From Acidimicrobiia bacterium (GTDB taxonomy: Bacteria; Actinomycetota; Acidimicrobiia; Spongiisociales; ZC4RG35), in assembly GCA_035706345.1 (NCBI GenBank), contig DASSVE010000083.1, positions 1 to 63,396 on the forward strand: a stretch of 63,396 nucleotides of DNA, read 5' to 3'. This document shows, piece after piece, positions 1 through 9,141 of this stretch. The position numbers and the translations under genes were made by a program. The notes below the pieces were generated by a model. It was not told the origin of the DNA, searched no databases, and saw only the letters and a program-made list of their open reading frames with translations. Every line of letters starts with the position of its first letter. The stretch's first letter is position 1.

Positions 1-1
1 G

Positions 2-130
2 ACCAGCCGGGAACAGGAGTGCACCCAGGTGGTCGAACCGTTCTCGATCGTCGTCCCTCTGGGCAGCTGGGCGGAAGCGACGCGCGAAGTGCGTCTCAAC
101 GGCGAGGTGGTCGGCTCCTTCGAGAGCTGA
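2..130 (+). CDS. 3' end of an unidentified CDS entering from the left edge (partial)
   Basis: The frame is open from position 2 to the TGA at 128-130 (...EPFSIVVPLGSWAEATREVRLNGEVVGSFES*). Third-position G/C bias is strong, like neighbouring genes. It is too short to assign a family. Confidence 0.35.
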   Translation, partial: TSREQECTQVVEPFSIVVPLGSWAEATREVRLNGEVVGSFES

Positions 131-155
131 TCACAGTTCCACTGGAAGAGCTCCG

Positions 156-803
156 TCAGGGCTCGACCGAGCCATCCGGCCATGCGGCCACACATACCCG
201 GTTGCCGCTGCGATCCGAGAGCGTCCAGTGGTGCGTCCCTTGGACGACGATGGTGCGGCCCGCCGCCAGAGCGGAGGCGACCCGCTCTTCCGCATGCTCA
301 CGGGCCACCGAGACGTCGACATGCATGGCATGACGCAGCGGCTTGGCCTCGTCGAGGGGCTGCATCCAGACCGTCGAGCCGTGGCCGAGCGGGTCGACGG
401 CGTTGTCCTCGGCAATCGCTGAATAGCCGAGAACGGCGCGCCAGAAGGCGACGTCGATCTTGTCCGGCTTGGCGGCAATGGCCAGCTGCACCTCTTGCAC
501 GGCGGAAGGAACCGGTATCGCTCCATGTTCGGCAGCTACAGCCGAGACCGCCCGAGCCATGTCGACGTGCTCGCTCTCCAGCTGCCACATGTCGCGGGTC
601 AGCCTCACGGTGAGCATGTCGTCGACCACTGTCAGCACGGTCCCCGAGCCCTCGAGCCAGCAGGGCAGGGCGGCGATGTCTCCGGCGAGACGTATCGATG
701 CTGCGGCCGACCCGGTGGTGAACACGGCCGTGGCCCCGCCGTGGAGGACCACCCAGTCCGGCGGATCTGCCGTCAGGAACTGCTTCCAGCCTTCCTCGCT
801 CAC
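156..803 (-). CDS. Pterin-4a-carbinolamine-dehydratase-like / glyoxalase (VOC)-like two-domain protein
   Basis: This is the 156..992 ORF trimmed to the GTG at 803, which overlaps the upstream stop (ATGTGA, 4-nt coupling). The C-terminal half (DVAFWRAVLGY...HVDVSV...WTLSDRSGNRVCV) looks like a VOC/glyoxalase fold. The N-terminal half resembles the degenerate PCD-like domain often fused to it. Confidence 0.5.
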   Translation of the reverse strand: MSEEGWKQFLTADPPDWVVLHGGATAVFTTGSAAASIRLAGDIAALPCWLEGSGTVLTVVDDMLTVRLTRDMWQLESEHVDMARAVSAVAAEHGAIPVPSAVQEVQLAIAAKPDKIDVAFWRAVLGYSAIAEDNAVDPLGHGSTVWMQPLDEAKPLRHAMHVDVSVAREHAEERVASALAAGRTIVVQGTHHWTLSDRSGNRVCVAAWPDGSVEP

Positions 804-1843
804 ATGTTCGCTCCCCGCTCCCGATACGACTCGGGTATCGCCTCGTCGCTTCCATAAAAGGCGTGACGTGACATGTCGGGGGAGTAGCGGCTCGCCTCGG
901 GCTGACGGCCGATCGCCTCGGCAAGGGCGCGGAGATGATGTGGCCCGGCCCCACAGCACAACCCGATGTAGTTGACGCCGATGGCCTGACATTCACGGGC
1001 GAAGGCGGCACACTCGTAGCGGGTGGCCATGAACGGATCGAGAGCTGTCGGGAAGGGTCTGCCGTTCGGCGCCGGCGAGGTCGTGTCAGGATCGGTGAGA
1101 GAGATGAAGGTCGGCTCTGCGGGGGTGGTCCGGTACGGAACCGGCAGGGCAGCCACAGTCGTGCTCACCACGTCGCGGATCTTCCGGATCAGGGGCATCA
1201 TCGTGGCCGGCCCCCGCGAGCAGTTGAGCCCGACCACATCGGCGCCCAGCGTCTCCAGACGACGACAGGCATCCGCCACGTCCACCCCGTCGAAGAGGAC
1301 CGCGTCCCGGTTGCCCGCCACCGTCACCACGGCCGGCAGACCCGTTTCCTTGATGGCTTCCAGGGCCAGAGCCGCCTCGCCATACCAGTCGAGGGTCTCG
1401 GCGATCATGTAGTCGACACCGGCGTCGACCGCCCAACCCACCTGCTCCCGGTACATCTCGCGCACCATCTCGTGGGTAGACGGGTCGTCGGCCTCGTAGA
1501 CGTTGGTGTTGCAGATGTTGCCGGCGAGGAGAGTGCCCGTGGATCGGGCAACCCCGGAGGCGATTTCGAGCGCGCGCCGATTCAGCTCTTCGAGCGAGTC
1601 CTCGCGCCCTATGACACGCAGCTTCTCCCGGTGCGCGTAGTAGGTGAAGGCTTCGACGACGTCGGATCCGGCGCGGACGAATTCCCGATGTAATTGCTCC
1701 ACCGCTTCGGGATGATCGAGGACTGCTTCCGGGACGAACGGTCCCGCCTGGACATAGCCCCGTCGTTCCAGCTCGAACAAGTAGCCCTCGCCGCAGATGA
1801 TGGTTCCCTGGGCGAGGCGATCTGAGAAAGTGTTGTCTGCCAT
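800..1843 (-). CDS. Homocysteine S-methyltransferase family protein (BHMT-like)
   Basis: 347 aa. The N-terminus GTIICGEGYLFELERRGY and the Cys motifs GLNCSRGP and IGLCCGAGP are typical of the Zn-dependent homocysteine methyltransferase (Pfam S-methyl_trans) fold. Confidence 0.85.
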   Translation of the reverse strand: MADNTFSDRLAQGTIICGEGYLFELERRGYVQAGPFVPEAVLDHPEAVEQLHREFVRAGSDVVEAFTYYAHREKLRVIGREDSLEELNRRALEIASGVARSTGTLLAGNICNTNVYEADDPSTHEMVREMYREQVGWAVDAGVDYMIAETLDWYGEAALALEAIKETGLPAVVTVAGNRDAVLFDGVDVADACRRLETLGADVVGLNCSRGPATMMPLIRKIRDVVSTTVAALPVPYRTTPAEPTFISLTDPDTTSPAPNGRPFPTALDPFMATRYECAAFARECQAIGVNYIGLCCGAGPHHLRALAEAIGRQPEASRYSPDMSRHAFYGSDEAIPESYRERGANM

Positions 1844-1847
1844 GCTC

Positions 1848-1878
1848 GTGCGGAGGGTAGAGCGTCCACCCTCCGCAC
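1848..1878 (-). terminator. GC-rich hairpin between the ferritin-like gene stop and the methyltransferase start
   Basis: An 11-bp inverted repeat GTGCGGAGGGT / ACCCTCCGCAC has a 9-nt loop. There is no clear U-tract, so it may be an attenuating or processing hairpin rather than a full terminator. Confidence 0.3.
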
Positions 1879-1891
1879 CGAGACGGCAGGT

Positions 1892-2485
1892 TTACAGCAT
1901 GTCGTCGCGGGACTGCTCGGCCCGTGCGGCGCCGATCGCAGTCACCACCTTCTTCTCTTCTTCAGGTGGCGGGAGCACCGCGGGCATGCCGAGAGACTCG
2001 ATCCAGAGCTCACGGGCCCAGCCCATGGTGTGGTAGAGGTGCATGTCCTCTTCCTCCTCCACCTGCTCGTACGCTTCGGTGAGCACCTTCTTCATGTCCC
2101 CGGTTGCCTTCTCGGCAACGCGTCCGATCAGCTCCCAGTTGGCATGATCCTTCGTCTCGGCGTCGACGACGCACTCGGCCGCCACCAGCTGGGCGGCGAT
2201 CTCATCTCCCGATGACTTGGCCATGTCCATTGCCTCGAGCAGGGCCTTGGCCTTGTGGCGAACCACCTGACGGCCGGGCGTCTCGACCGAGGTGTCCATC
2301 CCGAGTTGGTCGAACACCTGCTGCACGATCGTGACGTGGTTCTCGGTCTCGGAGAGGTACTTCTCCCACTCCTTCTCGAGATCGTCGTTGACCGCACAGC
2401 TGATCGCCTTGCGATAGATCTCCACCCCTCCGAGCTCCGTCTCCAGAGCCTGGTAGAGCAGCTCGTCTACTTGCTTCTCGTTCAC
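1892..2485 (-). CDS. Ferritin-like (rubrerythrin/DUF-type four-helix-bundle) domain protein
   Basis: The ORF is trimmed to the GTG at 2485, preceded by GGAGAAGGAG. The sequence is helical and Glu/His-rich (LETELGGVEIY...EKYLSETENH...ECVVDAETKDH...EEEEDMHLYH), consistent with a di-iron ferritin-like fold. Confidence 0.6.
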   Translation of the reverse strand: MNEKQVDELLYQALETELGGVEIYRKAISCAVNDDLEKEWEKYLSETENHVTIVQQVFDQLGMDTSVETPGRQVVRHKAKALLEAMDMAKSSGDEIAAQLVAAECVVDAETKDHANWELIGRVAEKATGDMKKVLTEAYEQVEEEEDMHLYHTMGWARELWIESLGMPAVLPPPEEEKKVVTAIGAARAEQSRDDML

Positions 2486-2611
2486 TTCGTCTCCTTCTCC
2501 GTGAAGTGCGCTCGTGCATACCCGCGGAGGTCGAGATGGCAAACGCGGTTTGACCGCGAACTGGATCGGGCAAGCAGCCTCGTGACCTCCCCGAATCGGC
2601 TCCGCGGTGAG

Positions 2612-3202
2612 ATGCCCTCACTCTCGGAGGCAGCCGAAGCTGCCCGATCCTGTACGGCATGCGAGCTGTACAAGGACGCGGAGCAGGTTGTGTTCGGAGA
2701 AGGTCCGGCCGCGGCCCGATTGATGCTGCTTGGCGAGCAGCCCGGCGATCAGGAGGATCGACGTGGTCAGCCTTTCGTTGGGCCGGCGGGGCGGGAGCTG
2801 GACCGGGCCCTGGATGAGGCCGGCATCGGTCGCTCCGACGTCTACGTCTCGAACGTCGTGAAGCACTTTCGATTCGAAGAGCGGGGCAAGAAGCGTCTCC
2901 ACAAGAAGCCGGCGCGACGCCACATCGAGGCCTGCCGGCCTTGGCTGGAGATCGAGTTGGCCCGGGTGGATCCCTACGTGATCGTCTGCCTGGGGGGATC
3001 CGCGGCCGAGGCGATCCTCGAGCGCCCGGTCCGGGTCATGTCAGATCGTGGTGCGCCCGTCGAGTGGGGTGAGTACCTGGTGATGCCCACCATCCATCCG
3101 TCTTACATCCTGCGCACCCGCGACGACGCGGTGAGGAGGGAGCGATTCGGGCTCCTGGTGCATGATCTGGAGACCGCTCTTCAGCTCTCCAGCGGGACCT
3201 GA
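2612..3202 (+). CDS. udgX: Family-4-type uracil-DNA glycosylase, UdgX-like subtype
   Basis: The ATG at 2612 lies inside the 2255..3202 ORF. Motifs seen: CTAC...GEQPGDQED...PFVGPAG...VKHFRFEERGKKRLHKKP...ACRPW...HPSYILR. The GEQPG motif A plus the KRLH insertion loop matches the UdgX signature (KRRIH loop). Confidence 0.85.
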   Translation: MPSLSEAAEAARSCTACELYKDAEQVVFGEGPAAARLMLLGEQPGDQEDRRGQPFVGPAGRELDRALDEAGIGRSDVYVSNVVKHFRFEERGKKRLHKKPARRHIEACRPWLEIELARVDPYVIVCLGGSAAEAILERPVRVMSDRGAPVEWGEYLVMPTIHPSYILRTRDDAVRRERFGLLVHDLETALQLSSGT

Positions 3203-3269
3203 CGGCAAGGCGGGTTTCGCCTGTTTGGGGTGATGCTGAGGGCAGCGCCGCCACGCACGCTGTCGTCCA

Positions 3270-3908
3270 ATGAGCGAGTCTTCGATATCCAGGAGCGAGC
3301 GCATCCTGGAACTGGTGACGGTGGGCGTCCTGGCCTTCGGTGCCCTGGCCACGGCCTGGAGCGGTTATCAGGCCTCTTTGTGGGACGGCATCCAATCGAG
3401 CAACTACACCCAGGCTTCGGGTTCGCGGACCAATGCCGCCCAACAGCGCACGGAGGCGTTTCAGTTCCGGCTCGCCGACCTCGGCATCTTCCAGCAGTAC
3501 ATGGACGCGGTGCTCAGCGAGGACGAGGTGATCGCCTCGTTCTACCTGGAGCGGTTCCGCGACGAGTTCAGGCCCGCCTATGAGGCATGGATCGCACTGG
3601 ATCCCCTGAACAACCCGGAGGCGCCGTCCAGCCCGCTAGGGATGCCCGAGTATCAGCTTGCCCCGGACGCCGAGGCGGAGCGTCTCGAGGCCAGGGCCGA
3701 CGAGTTGTTCGAAGCGGGCGAGGAGGCGAACACCGTCTCCGACACGTACACGTTGACGACTCTCTTGTTCGCGGCGGTGCTCTTCTTCGCCGCCATATCG
3801 GAGAGGTTCGAGTACCCCAGGGCTCAGAAGATCCTCCTGGTGATCGCAGGCATCGGCCTGGTCGCGGGTATCGCGGTCGCGGCCAGCCAGCCGGTCACGA
3901 CTGGCTGA
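3270..3908 (+). CDS. Hypothetical membrane protein (1 N-terminal + 2 C-terminal predicted TM helices)
   Basis: 212 aa. Hydrophobic segments are ILELVTVGVLAFGALATAW, LTTLLFAAVLFFAAI and ILLVIAGIGLVAGIAVAA. I recognise no family. Confidence 0.55.
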   Translation: MSESSISRSERILELVTVGVLAFGALATAWSGYQASLWDGIQSSNYTQASGSRTNAAQQRTEAFQFRLADLGIFQQYMDAVLSEDEVIASFYLERFRDEFRPAYEAWIALDPLNNPEAPSSPLGMPEYQLAPDAEAERLEARADELFEAGEEANTVSDTYTLTTLLFAAVLFFAAISERFEYPRAQKILLVIAGIGLVAGIAVAASQPVTTG

Positions 3909-3917
3909 GCCTCCCGA

Positions 3918-5573
3918 TCAGGCGCCGATCGGGTAACCGGGGCCGAGCGGGATCCCGAGCAGGAACCAGACCACGAACAGGATTACCCACGCCACCAGGA
4001 GCACCAGGACATACGGAATCATCAGAGCCACCACCGTCCCGATCCCGGCGTCACGCTTGTACCTCTGGGCGATGGTGACGATGAACGGCAGGTACACCAT
4101 CAGGGGCGTGATCACGTTCACCGGCGAGTCGCCGATCCGGTAGGCGGCCAGCACCGTCTGAGGGCTCACGTCCAGCCTGATGAAGATCGGGATGAACACC
4201 GGGGCGAAGATCGCCCACTTGGGCACGACACCGGGAATGATGAAGTCGAGGACCACGATCACCAGGATGAAACCAATCAGCAGTGGCAGGGCGCCGATGT
4301 TGGCCCGCTCCAGGAGGTGGGCCATCTCGACAGCGGCTACCCGGGGGAGATGCGTGTAGTTGAAGAAGGCGATGAACTGGGAGATCATCAGGAGCATGAA
4401 GATCAGACCGGCCAGCCCGGCGAAGGTCTTCGTCACCCCGGCGATGACATCGCCACTCCCCGACATCGATTTCGCACCCATCCCGTAGAAGATCCCGCAG
4501 ATCAGGAAGATCAGCGAGATGATGAACAGAAGACTGTCCATGAACGGAGTGGTTCCCACGATCGCCCCGGTTTCGGGCTCCCGAAGCGGCCCCCAGGACG
4601 GGAACGTCAGCAGGGAGACCACCCCCACCGAGCCGAGCAGGCCGTAGAAGGCGAAGCGAAGCCCCCGCCGCTCCGCCGCGATGGCAGTCTCGTCGAGCTC
4701 GTCGTCGGCGGTGCCGGCTTCTCCTTCGGCAGGGGCGTAAGGGCCAAGACGCTTCTCGACCACACGCTGGGTGACGAACATCGCCACCAGGGCGAGGACG
4801 ATCGACGACACGACGGAGAAGAAGAAGTTGGCCGTCACGGTGAGAGCCTGTGACCCAGCCGGAAGCGCCTCGTTGGTGATCTCGGTGATCATGCTGTCCA
4901 CCGGAGTGATCAGGAGGTTGACCGCGAAGATCGCCCCCACACCGGCGAACGCGGCAGCCATGCCGGCCAGGGGATGGCGACCGAGGGTCAGGAATGCCGA
5001 GGCAGCCAGCGGGATCAGGATCAGGTACCCGGCGTCCGAGGCCACGCTGGAGAGGACACCCACGAAGATCAGGATGAAGGCGATCAGCTGACGGGGAGCC
5101 ACCTGCACCAGTCTTCGTATCAGGGCCGCCATCATCCCGGCGTGCTCGGCGACACCGACCCCCGCCATCGCCACCAGGGTCACCGCCACCACGCCGAAGC
5201 CTGCGAAGTTGGAGACGAAGGAGCTGAACATGAACCGGATCCCCTCCACGGTGAGGAGACTCTCGATCTCGATGGTCTGCTCCACGATCTCGTACTCGGG
5301 GTCGTCGTTGGGGACGTCGGGTTCGATCGGGTAGGGGACCTCCGAGCCGCCCAGACCCCCATGCTCGTCCACCTCTGACTCAGTGGGCACCGGCACCGCG
5401 ATCTCCTCGGTGACGCTCACGCCAACCAGGTACAGGATGTGCGACAGGACCGCGATGAAGATGATCAGGTAGAGGAACATCATCACCGGGTGCGGGACCT
5501 TGTTCCCGAGGATCTCGATGCGATCGAGGAATGAGGTCCCCTGCCTCGTCTCCTGTGATGCTGCGGCGGTCAT
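3918..5573 (-). CDS. AbgT family (p-aminobenzoyl-glutamate/antimetabolite) transporter
   Basis: 551 aa and polytopic. The N-terminus FLDRIEILGNKVPHPVMMFLYLI is characteristic of AbgT/MtrF transporters. There is a 4-nt overlap with the upstream pepA. Confidence 0.9.
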   Translation of the reverse strand: MTAAASQETRQGTSFLDRIEILGNKVPHPVMMFLYLIIFIAVLSHILYLVGVSVTEEIAVPVPTESEVDEHGGLGGSEVPYPIEPDVPNDDPEYEIVEQTIEIESLLTVEGIRFMFSSFVSNFAGFGVVAVTLVAMAGVGVAEHAGMMAALIRRLVQVAPRQLIAFILIFVGVLSSVASDAGYLILIPLAASAFLTLGRHPLAGMAAAFAGVGAIFAVNLLITPVDSMITEITNEALPAGSQALTVTANFFFSVVSSIVLALVAMFVTQRVVEKRLGPYAPAEGEAGTADDELDETAIAAERRGLRFAFYGLLGSVGVVSLLTFPSWGPLREPETGAIVGTTPFMDSLLFIISLIFLICGIFYGMGAKSMSGSGDVIAGVTKTFAGLAGLIFMLLMISQFIAFFNYTHLPRVAAVEMAHLLERANIGALPLLIGFILVIVVLDFIIPGVVPKWAIFAPVFIPIFIRLDVSPQTVLAAYRIGDSPVNVITPLMVYLPFIVTIAQRYKRDAGIGTVVALMIPYVLVLLVAWVILFVVWFLLGIPLGPGYPIGA

Positions 5574-7069
5574 CGGCTCGTCCCGACGGGAGAGAACTCG
5601 AGGGCCAGCCCGGCGAGCAATCGGGCTCCGAACCCGGTGCAGCCGGGTGGTCGCCAGCTCTCATCGGCGGTGTTGTCGGCAGTGCCGGCTATGTCGATGT
5701 GGGCCCACGGCTTCCCGGCGACGAACTCCTCGAGGAAGAGGGCCGCGGTGATCGAACCGGCATTGGCGCCGCCCAGGTTCTTGATGTCGGCCACGGTCGA
5801 GTCGAGCTCCTTTCGGTACCGGCGGGCCAGAGGGAATTCCCAAACAGGCTCGTCACTGGTCTCGGAGGCGCGCTTGACCTGTGACACGACCCCTTCGTGG
5901 TTGCCGATGACCATTGCGATCTGCGTGCCCAGCGCCCGCATGGCGGCACCCGTGAGCGTGGCGATATCGACGATGGCGTCGGTGGGCTCCTCGGTGGCGA
6001 GCACCAGGGCGTCGGCCATCACCAGACGGCCCTCGGCGTCGGTGTTCGCCACCTCGACCGTCTTCCCGCCCCGGATCGCCAGGACGTCGCCCATGGCTAT
6101 GGCGCTACCCGACGGGCGGTTGTCGGTGCAGCTCAGATAACCGATGACCTGGTTGTCGCACCCGAGCCGGTCCAGGTTCACCATGGCGCCGAGGATGGCA
6201 CCGGCGCCGGACATGTCGTTCTTCATGGCGGCGTGCACGGGGTCGGCGGGCTTCAGGGCGAGACCACCGGCGTCGTACGTGATTCCTTTCCCCACCAGGG
6301 TGAGGGTGGCCCTGCTGTCGGCCGGTCTGTAGGTCAGCTTGATGAGTCGGGGCGGCTCGGTGCTGCCGGCATTGACCCCGAGGATGCCCCCGCAGCCCAT
6401 GGCGACCAGGTCGTTCTCGTCGAACACCTCCACCTCGAGACCGCGTTCGGCACCCAGCCTGGAGGCGACCTCGGCCATCCGGGCCGCGGTGAGCAGTGCC
6501 GGGGGTGTGTTCGCCAGATCGCGGGCCAGGCAGGCGGCTTCGGCGAAGGCGCGGCCCCGCTCGGCGCCGGCCAGCGCATCGTCGTCATGTTCAGTGACCA
6601 GAGTGATCTTGCTGAGAGGGGTGACCGTAGGCTCGCTCTTCAGCGCGTCGTAGCGGTAGCGGGCGAGGATGAGCCCCTCGACCGCCATCTGGGCCGTCAC
6701 CGAAGCCTCCCCGGGCGGGAGTCGGAAGGCGATCTCGGCCACCTGTGAGGTGGCGCGAGAGAAGGCGGCAGCGGCATCCCTGATGACATCGGGCTCGGGC
6801 GACTCGTCACCGACTCCGATGAGGATGAGACGACCGTCGTCGGTCGGGAGTGGAACCGTCTGACCGGTCTTGGCTTCGAACCCCACCGATCGAAGCCCGT
6901 CCCAATCGAGTGGCGACGTCTCGGGAAGATCCCCTTCGGGTGTGACCAGGATCCCAAGCGTGACACCGCCGGGGCTGGCACCGGCAGCGCTCAGCTCGAG
7001 GGCTTCGAGCATGACCTGCGACGGAACCGGGTCGAACGAGGTCCGCCCGGTGAACGAGGCCAATTCCAA
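5570..7069 (-). CDS. pepA: Leucyl aminopeptidase (M17)
   Basis: It carries the NTDAEGRLVMADAL signature, VGKGITYDAGG and a typical M17 catalytic domain. The start is set at TTG 7069 (GAAAGGA 6 nt upstream). ATG 7012 is an alternative. The long 7201 start would overlap the upstream gene. Confidence 0.9.
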   Translation of the reverse strand: MELASFTGRTSFDPVPSQVMLEALELSAAGASPGGVTLGILVTPEGDLPETSPLDWDGLRSVGFEAKTGQTVPLPTDDGRLILIGVGDESPEPDVIRDAAAAFSRATSQVAEIAFRLPPGEASVTAQMAVEGLILARYRYDALKSEPTVTPLSKITLVTEHDDDALAGAERGRAFAEAACLARDLANTPPALLTAARMAEVASRLGAERGLEVEVFDENDLVAMGCGGILGVNAGSTEPPRLIKLTYRPADSRATLTLVGKGITYDAGGLALKPADPVHAAMKNDMSGAGAILGAMVNLDRLGCDNQVIGYLSCTDNRPSGSAIAMGDVLAIRGGKTVEVANTDAEGRLVMADALVLATEEPTDAIVDIATLTGAAMRALGTQIAMVIGNHEGVVSQVKRASETSDEPVWEFPLARRYRKELDSTVADIKNLGGANAGSITAALFLEEFVAGKPWAHIDIAGTADNTADESWRPPGCTGFGARLLAGLALEFSPVGTSR

Positions 7070-7109
7070 CAGATGTCCTTTCTCTGGCCGCCCCGAACCT
7101 ACACAGCGG

Positions 7110-9104
7110 TCAGGAGTGGCTGGCTTGGGACACCCGGTCCTGACGCCGGAACCAGGCCCACAGACCGAGCGAGACCAGGGTGAACAACGCGAGCAGCCCA
7201 TAGGTGGCGGCCACCGGCACCAGGGCGGTGTCGACCAGATACCCGGACTGCGGGTTCACCAGGACGTGGAAGAAGGCCAGGACCGCGACGCCCCAGACGG
7301 CGAGCCAGAGCCAGCGCTTCTGCTGGAAGAGGACCCGCCCCGGCATCCCATGGATGGGGAGAAGACCAAACACCAGCGCTTCGAAGGCGGCCACCGTGGT
7401 CATCGCCAGGGCTCCCTCGAGGAGAGGCGACCCGGACCCGGCCCGGACCGCACCCAGGCCGAACCAGGAGCCGATCGCGATCGCCAGCATCACCACGGAG
7501 GTGACGGCGACCTCTGACGACTCGATGTCCTCTCCCACTTCGACCTTGAACATCAGGCCAAGGGCCAGACCGTACAGGTACCCGGGTAAGAACCCGATGG
7601 CTCGGGAGAGGAGGACGCAGCCCACCCCGACCAGGATGCCGATGGGCAGGACCCGCAACCGTCCCCACTCCCCGGTCCGTCCCCGCCGCATGAGGATCGT
7701 GGGCAGGGTGAAACCGATCGTGGTGATCACCACACCGGCCAGGAGACCGAGGAACACCGGCAAGGAGGCGCTGTTCAGACCGAAGCCGGGGTCCAGGAAG
7801 CCGAACAACAGGGCCATGGCCACCAGGGCGAGAGCCACCATCCACCACCGGTCCCATCCGGCCGAGCCCTCACGGGTGCGTCGGAACCAACGGCGCACCT
7901 GGTCGTAGTGCTCGACCAGTGTGTTGTTGAAGATCTCTGCCGGGAACGGGATCAGGAAGAGCATTCCGGCCGTGATCGCGATCGATGCGGCCACCACGAC
8001 CGGATCGAGATTGATCCCGGCGGGGGAGGGGACCGAGTCGATGAGGGCGAACAGGCTGGCCCCGCCCGACTGATAGAGGAAGCGGCCATCCTCGACGAGG
8101 ACGAGGAGGTCTCCGTCGTCCTCCACAGCCACCCGGAAAGGTGCCTGGAGCTGGGTGTCGAGGGGGGCCGATCCGGTTCCAGGGTTCGGGCCGCCTCCCA
8201 GGATCGTGGTCAAGTCTCCAGACTCGACGACGAACACCCTGCCGCCCAACCGGGTGACGATGTAGAGACGATCGGAGTCGTCGACCGCCACACCGATCTC
8301 ACCCGACCCGTTGTCGACGTCTGCGGCCGCCGTCCCGTCGACCGCCTCCTGGGTCGGGATCTGGCCGGCGCCGAAGACGGTGCTGATCGTGCCGTCCGGC
8401 GAGATGGCGCGAACGTCGCCAAACCCGTCGTCCGCCACATAGATGACACCGGCTGAGTCGATGGCCATCTCCGAGATGCTGGAGAACCGGGCCTCGGTGG
8501 CCGGCCCTCCGTCTCCTTCCCCTGCCACCGTCGCCAGTTCGTCGGCGCCGGCCACCAATGTGATGGTCCCGTCTTCGTCGACCCGATCGATGCGCGGCAC
8601 CCGGCCACCGGCGACGTACACGGACCCGTCGGGACCGACGGCGAGCTTCTGGCCCATGACCTGACCCTGCCCACCGAGAGGCGCCACCTCCGCGATCGTG
8701 CCGTCCGGGGACAGGGAGAGGACCGCCTGGCCGGTGGTGAAGTAGACGGTGCCATCCGGTGCCACGGTGACGCCGGAGAAGTCGTTCTCGGGTGCGCTGA
8801 AGTCGCCCCGATAGGCGACGGTGAGGATCCCGTCGCGGATCCGGAGCAGACGTTGCGAGTTGTAGTCGGCGATGTAGATGTCCCCGTTGGGCGCCGTGGC
8901 GACGTCCTCGGCGTTGTTCAGTGCCGCCTGGTCGGCCGGGCCGTCCTCGCCGATGGTGCCGACTCCAGGTGCCGGGACACCGGCCACCAGAACGACCACC
9001 CCTCCCGAGGATGCGGCGAAGAAGAGGGCGAACGGGATCAGGAACCGAGAGCTCAGATGACGTCTGCGCTCCCCGACGTCACCGGGTTGGTGTGGCCCCC
9101 CCAT
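7110..9104 (-). CDS. NHL-repeat beta-propeller fused to a polytopic membrane domain (FGLLP motif)
   Basis: 664 aa. An N-terminal TM anchor is followed by repeated NHL-like blades (DIYIADYNSQRLLRI, SVYVAGGRVPRIDRV, VIYVADDGFGDVRAI, RLYIVTRLGGRVFVV). The C-terminus has about 8 hydrophobic helices containing FEALVFGLLPIHGMPG. Confidence 0.7.
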   Translation of the reverse strand: MGGPHQPGDVGERRRHLSSRFLIPFALFFAASSGGVVVLVAGVPAPGVGTIGEDGPADQAALNNAEDVATAPNGDIYIADYNSQRLLRIRDGILTVAYRGDFSAPENDFSGVTVAPDGTVYFTTGQAVLSLSPDGTIAEVAPLGGQGQVMGQKLAVGPDGSVYVAGGRVPRIDRVDEDGTITLVAGADELATVAGEGDGGPATEARFSSISEMAIDSAGVIYVADDGFGDVRAISPDGTISTVFGAGQIPTQEAVDGTAAADVDNGSGEIGVAVDDSDRLYIVTRLGGRVFVVESGDLTTILGGGPNPGTGSAPLDTQLQAPFRVAVEDDGDLLVLVEDGRFLYQSGGASLFALIDSVPSPAGINLDPVVVAASIAITAGMLFLIPFPAEIFNNTLVEHYDQVRRWFRRTREGSAGWDRWWMVALALVAMALLFGFLDPGFGLNSASLPVFLGLLAGVVITTIGFTLPTILMRRGRTGEWGRLRVLPIGILVGVGCVLLSRAIGFLPGYLYGLALGLMFKVEVGEDIESSEVAVTSVVMLAIAIGSWFGLGAVRAGSGSPLLEGALAMTTVAAFEALVFGLLPIHGMPGRVLFQQKRWLWLAVWGVAVLAFFHVLVNPQSGYLVDTALVPVAATYGLLALFTLVSLGLWAWFRRQDRVSQASHS

Positions 9105-9141
9105 GAGGGGTCGGAATATACGCCGCGGATCGGCGCGGGCG

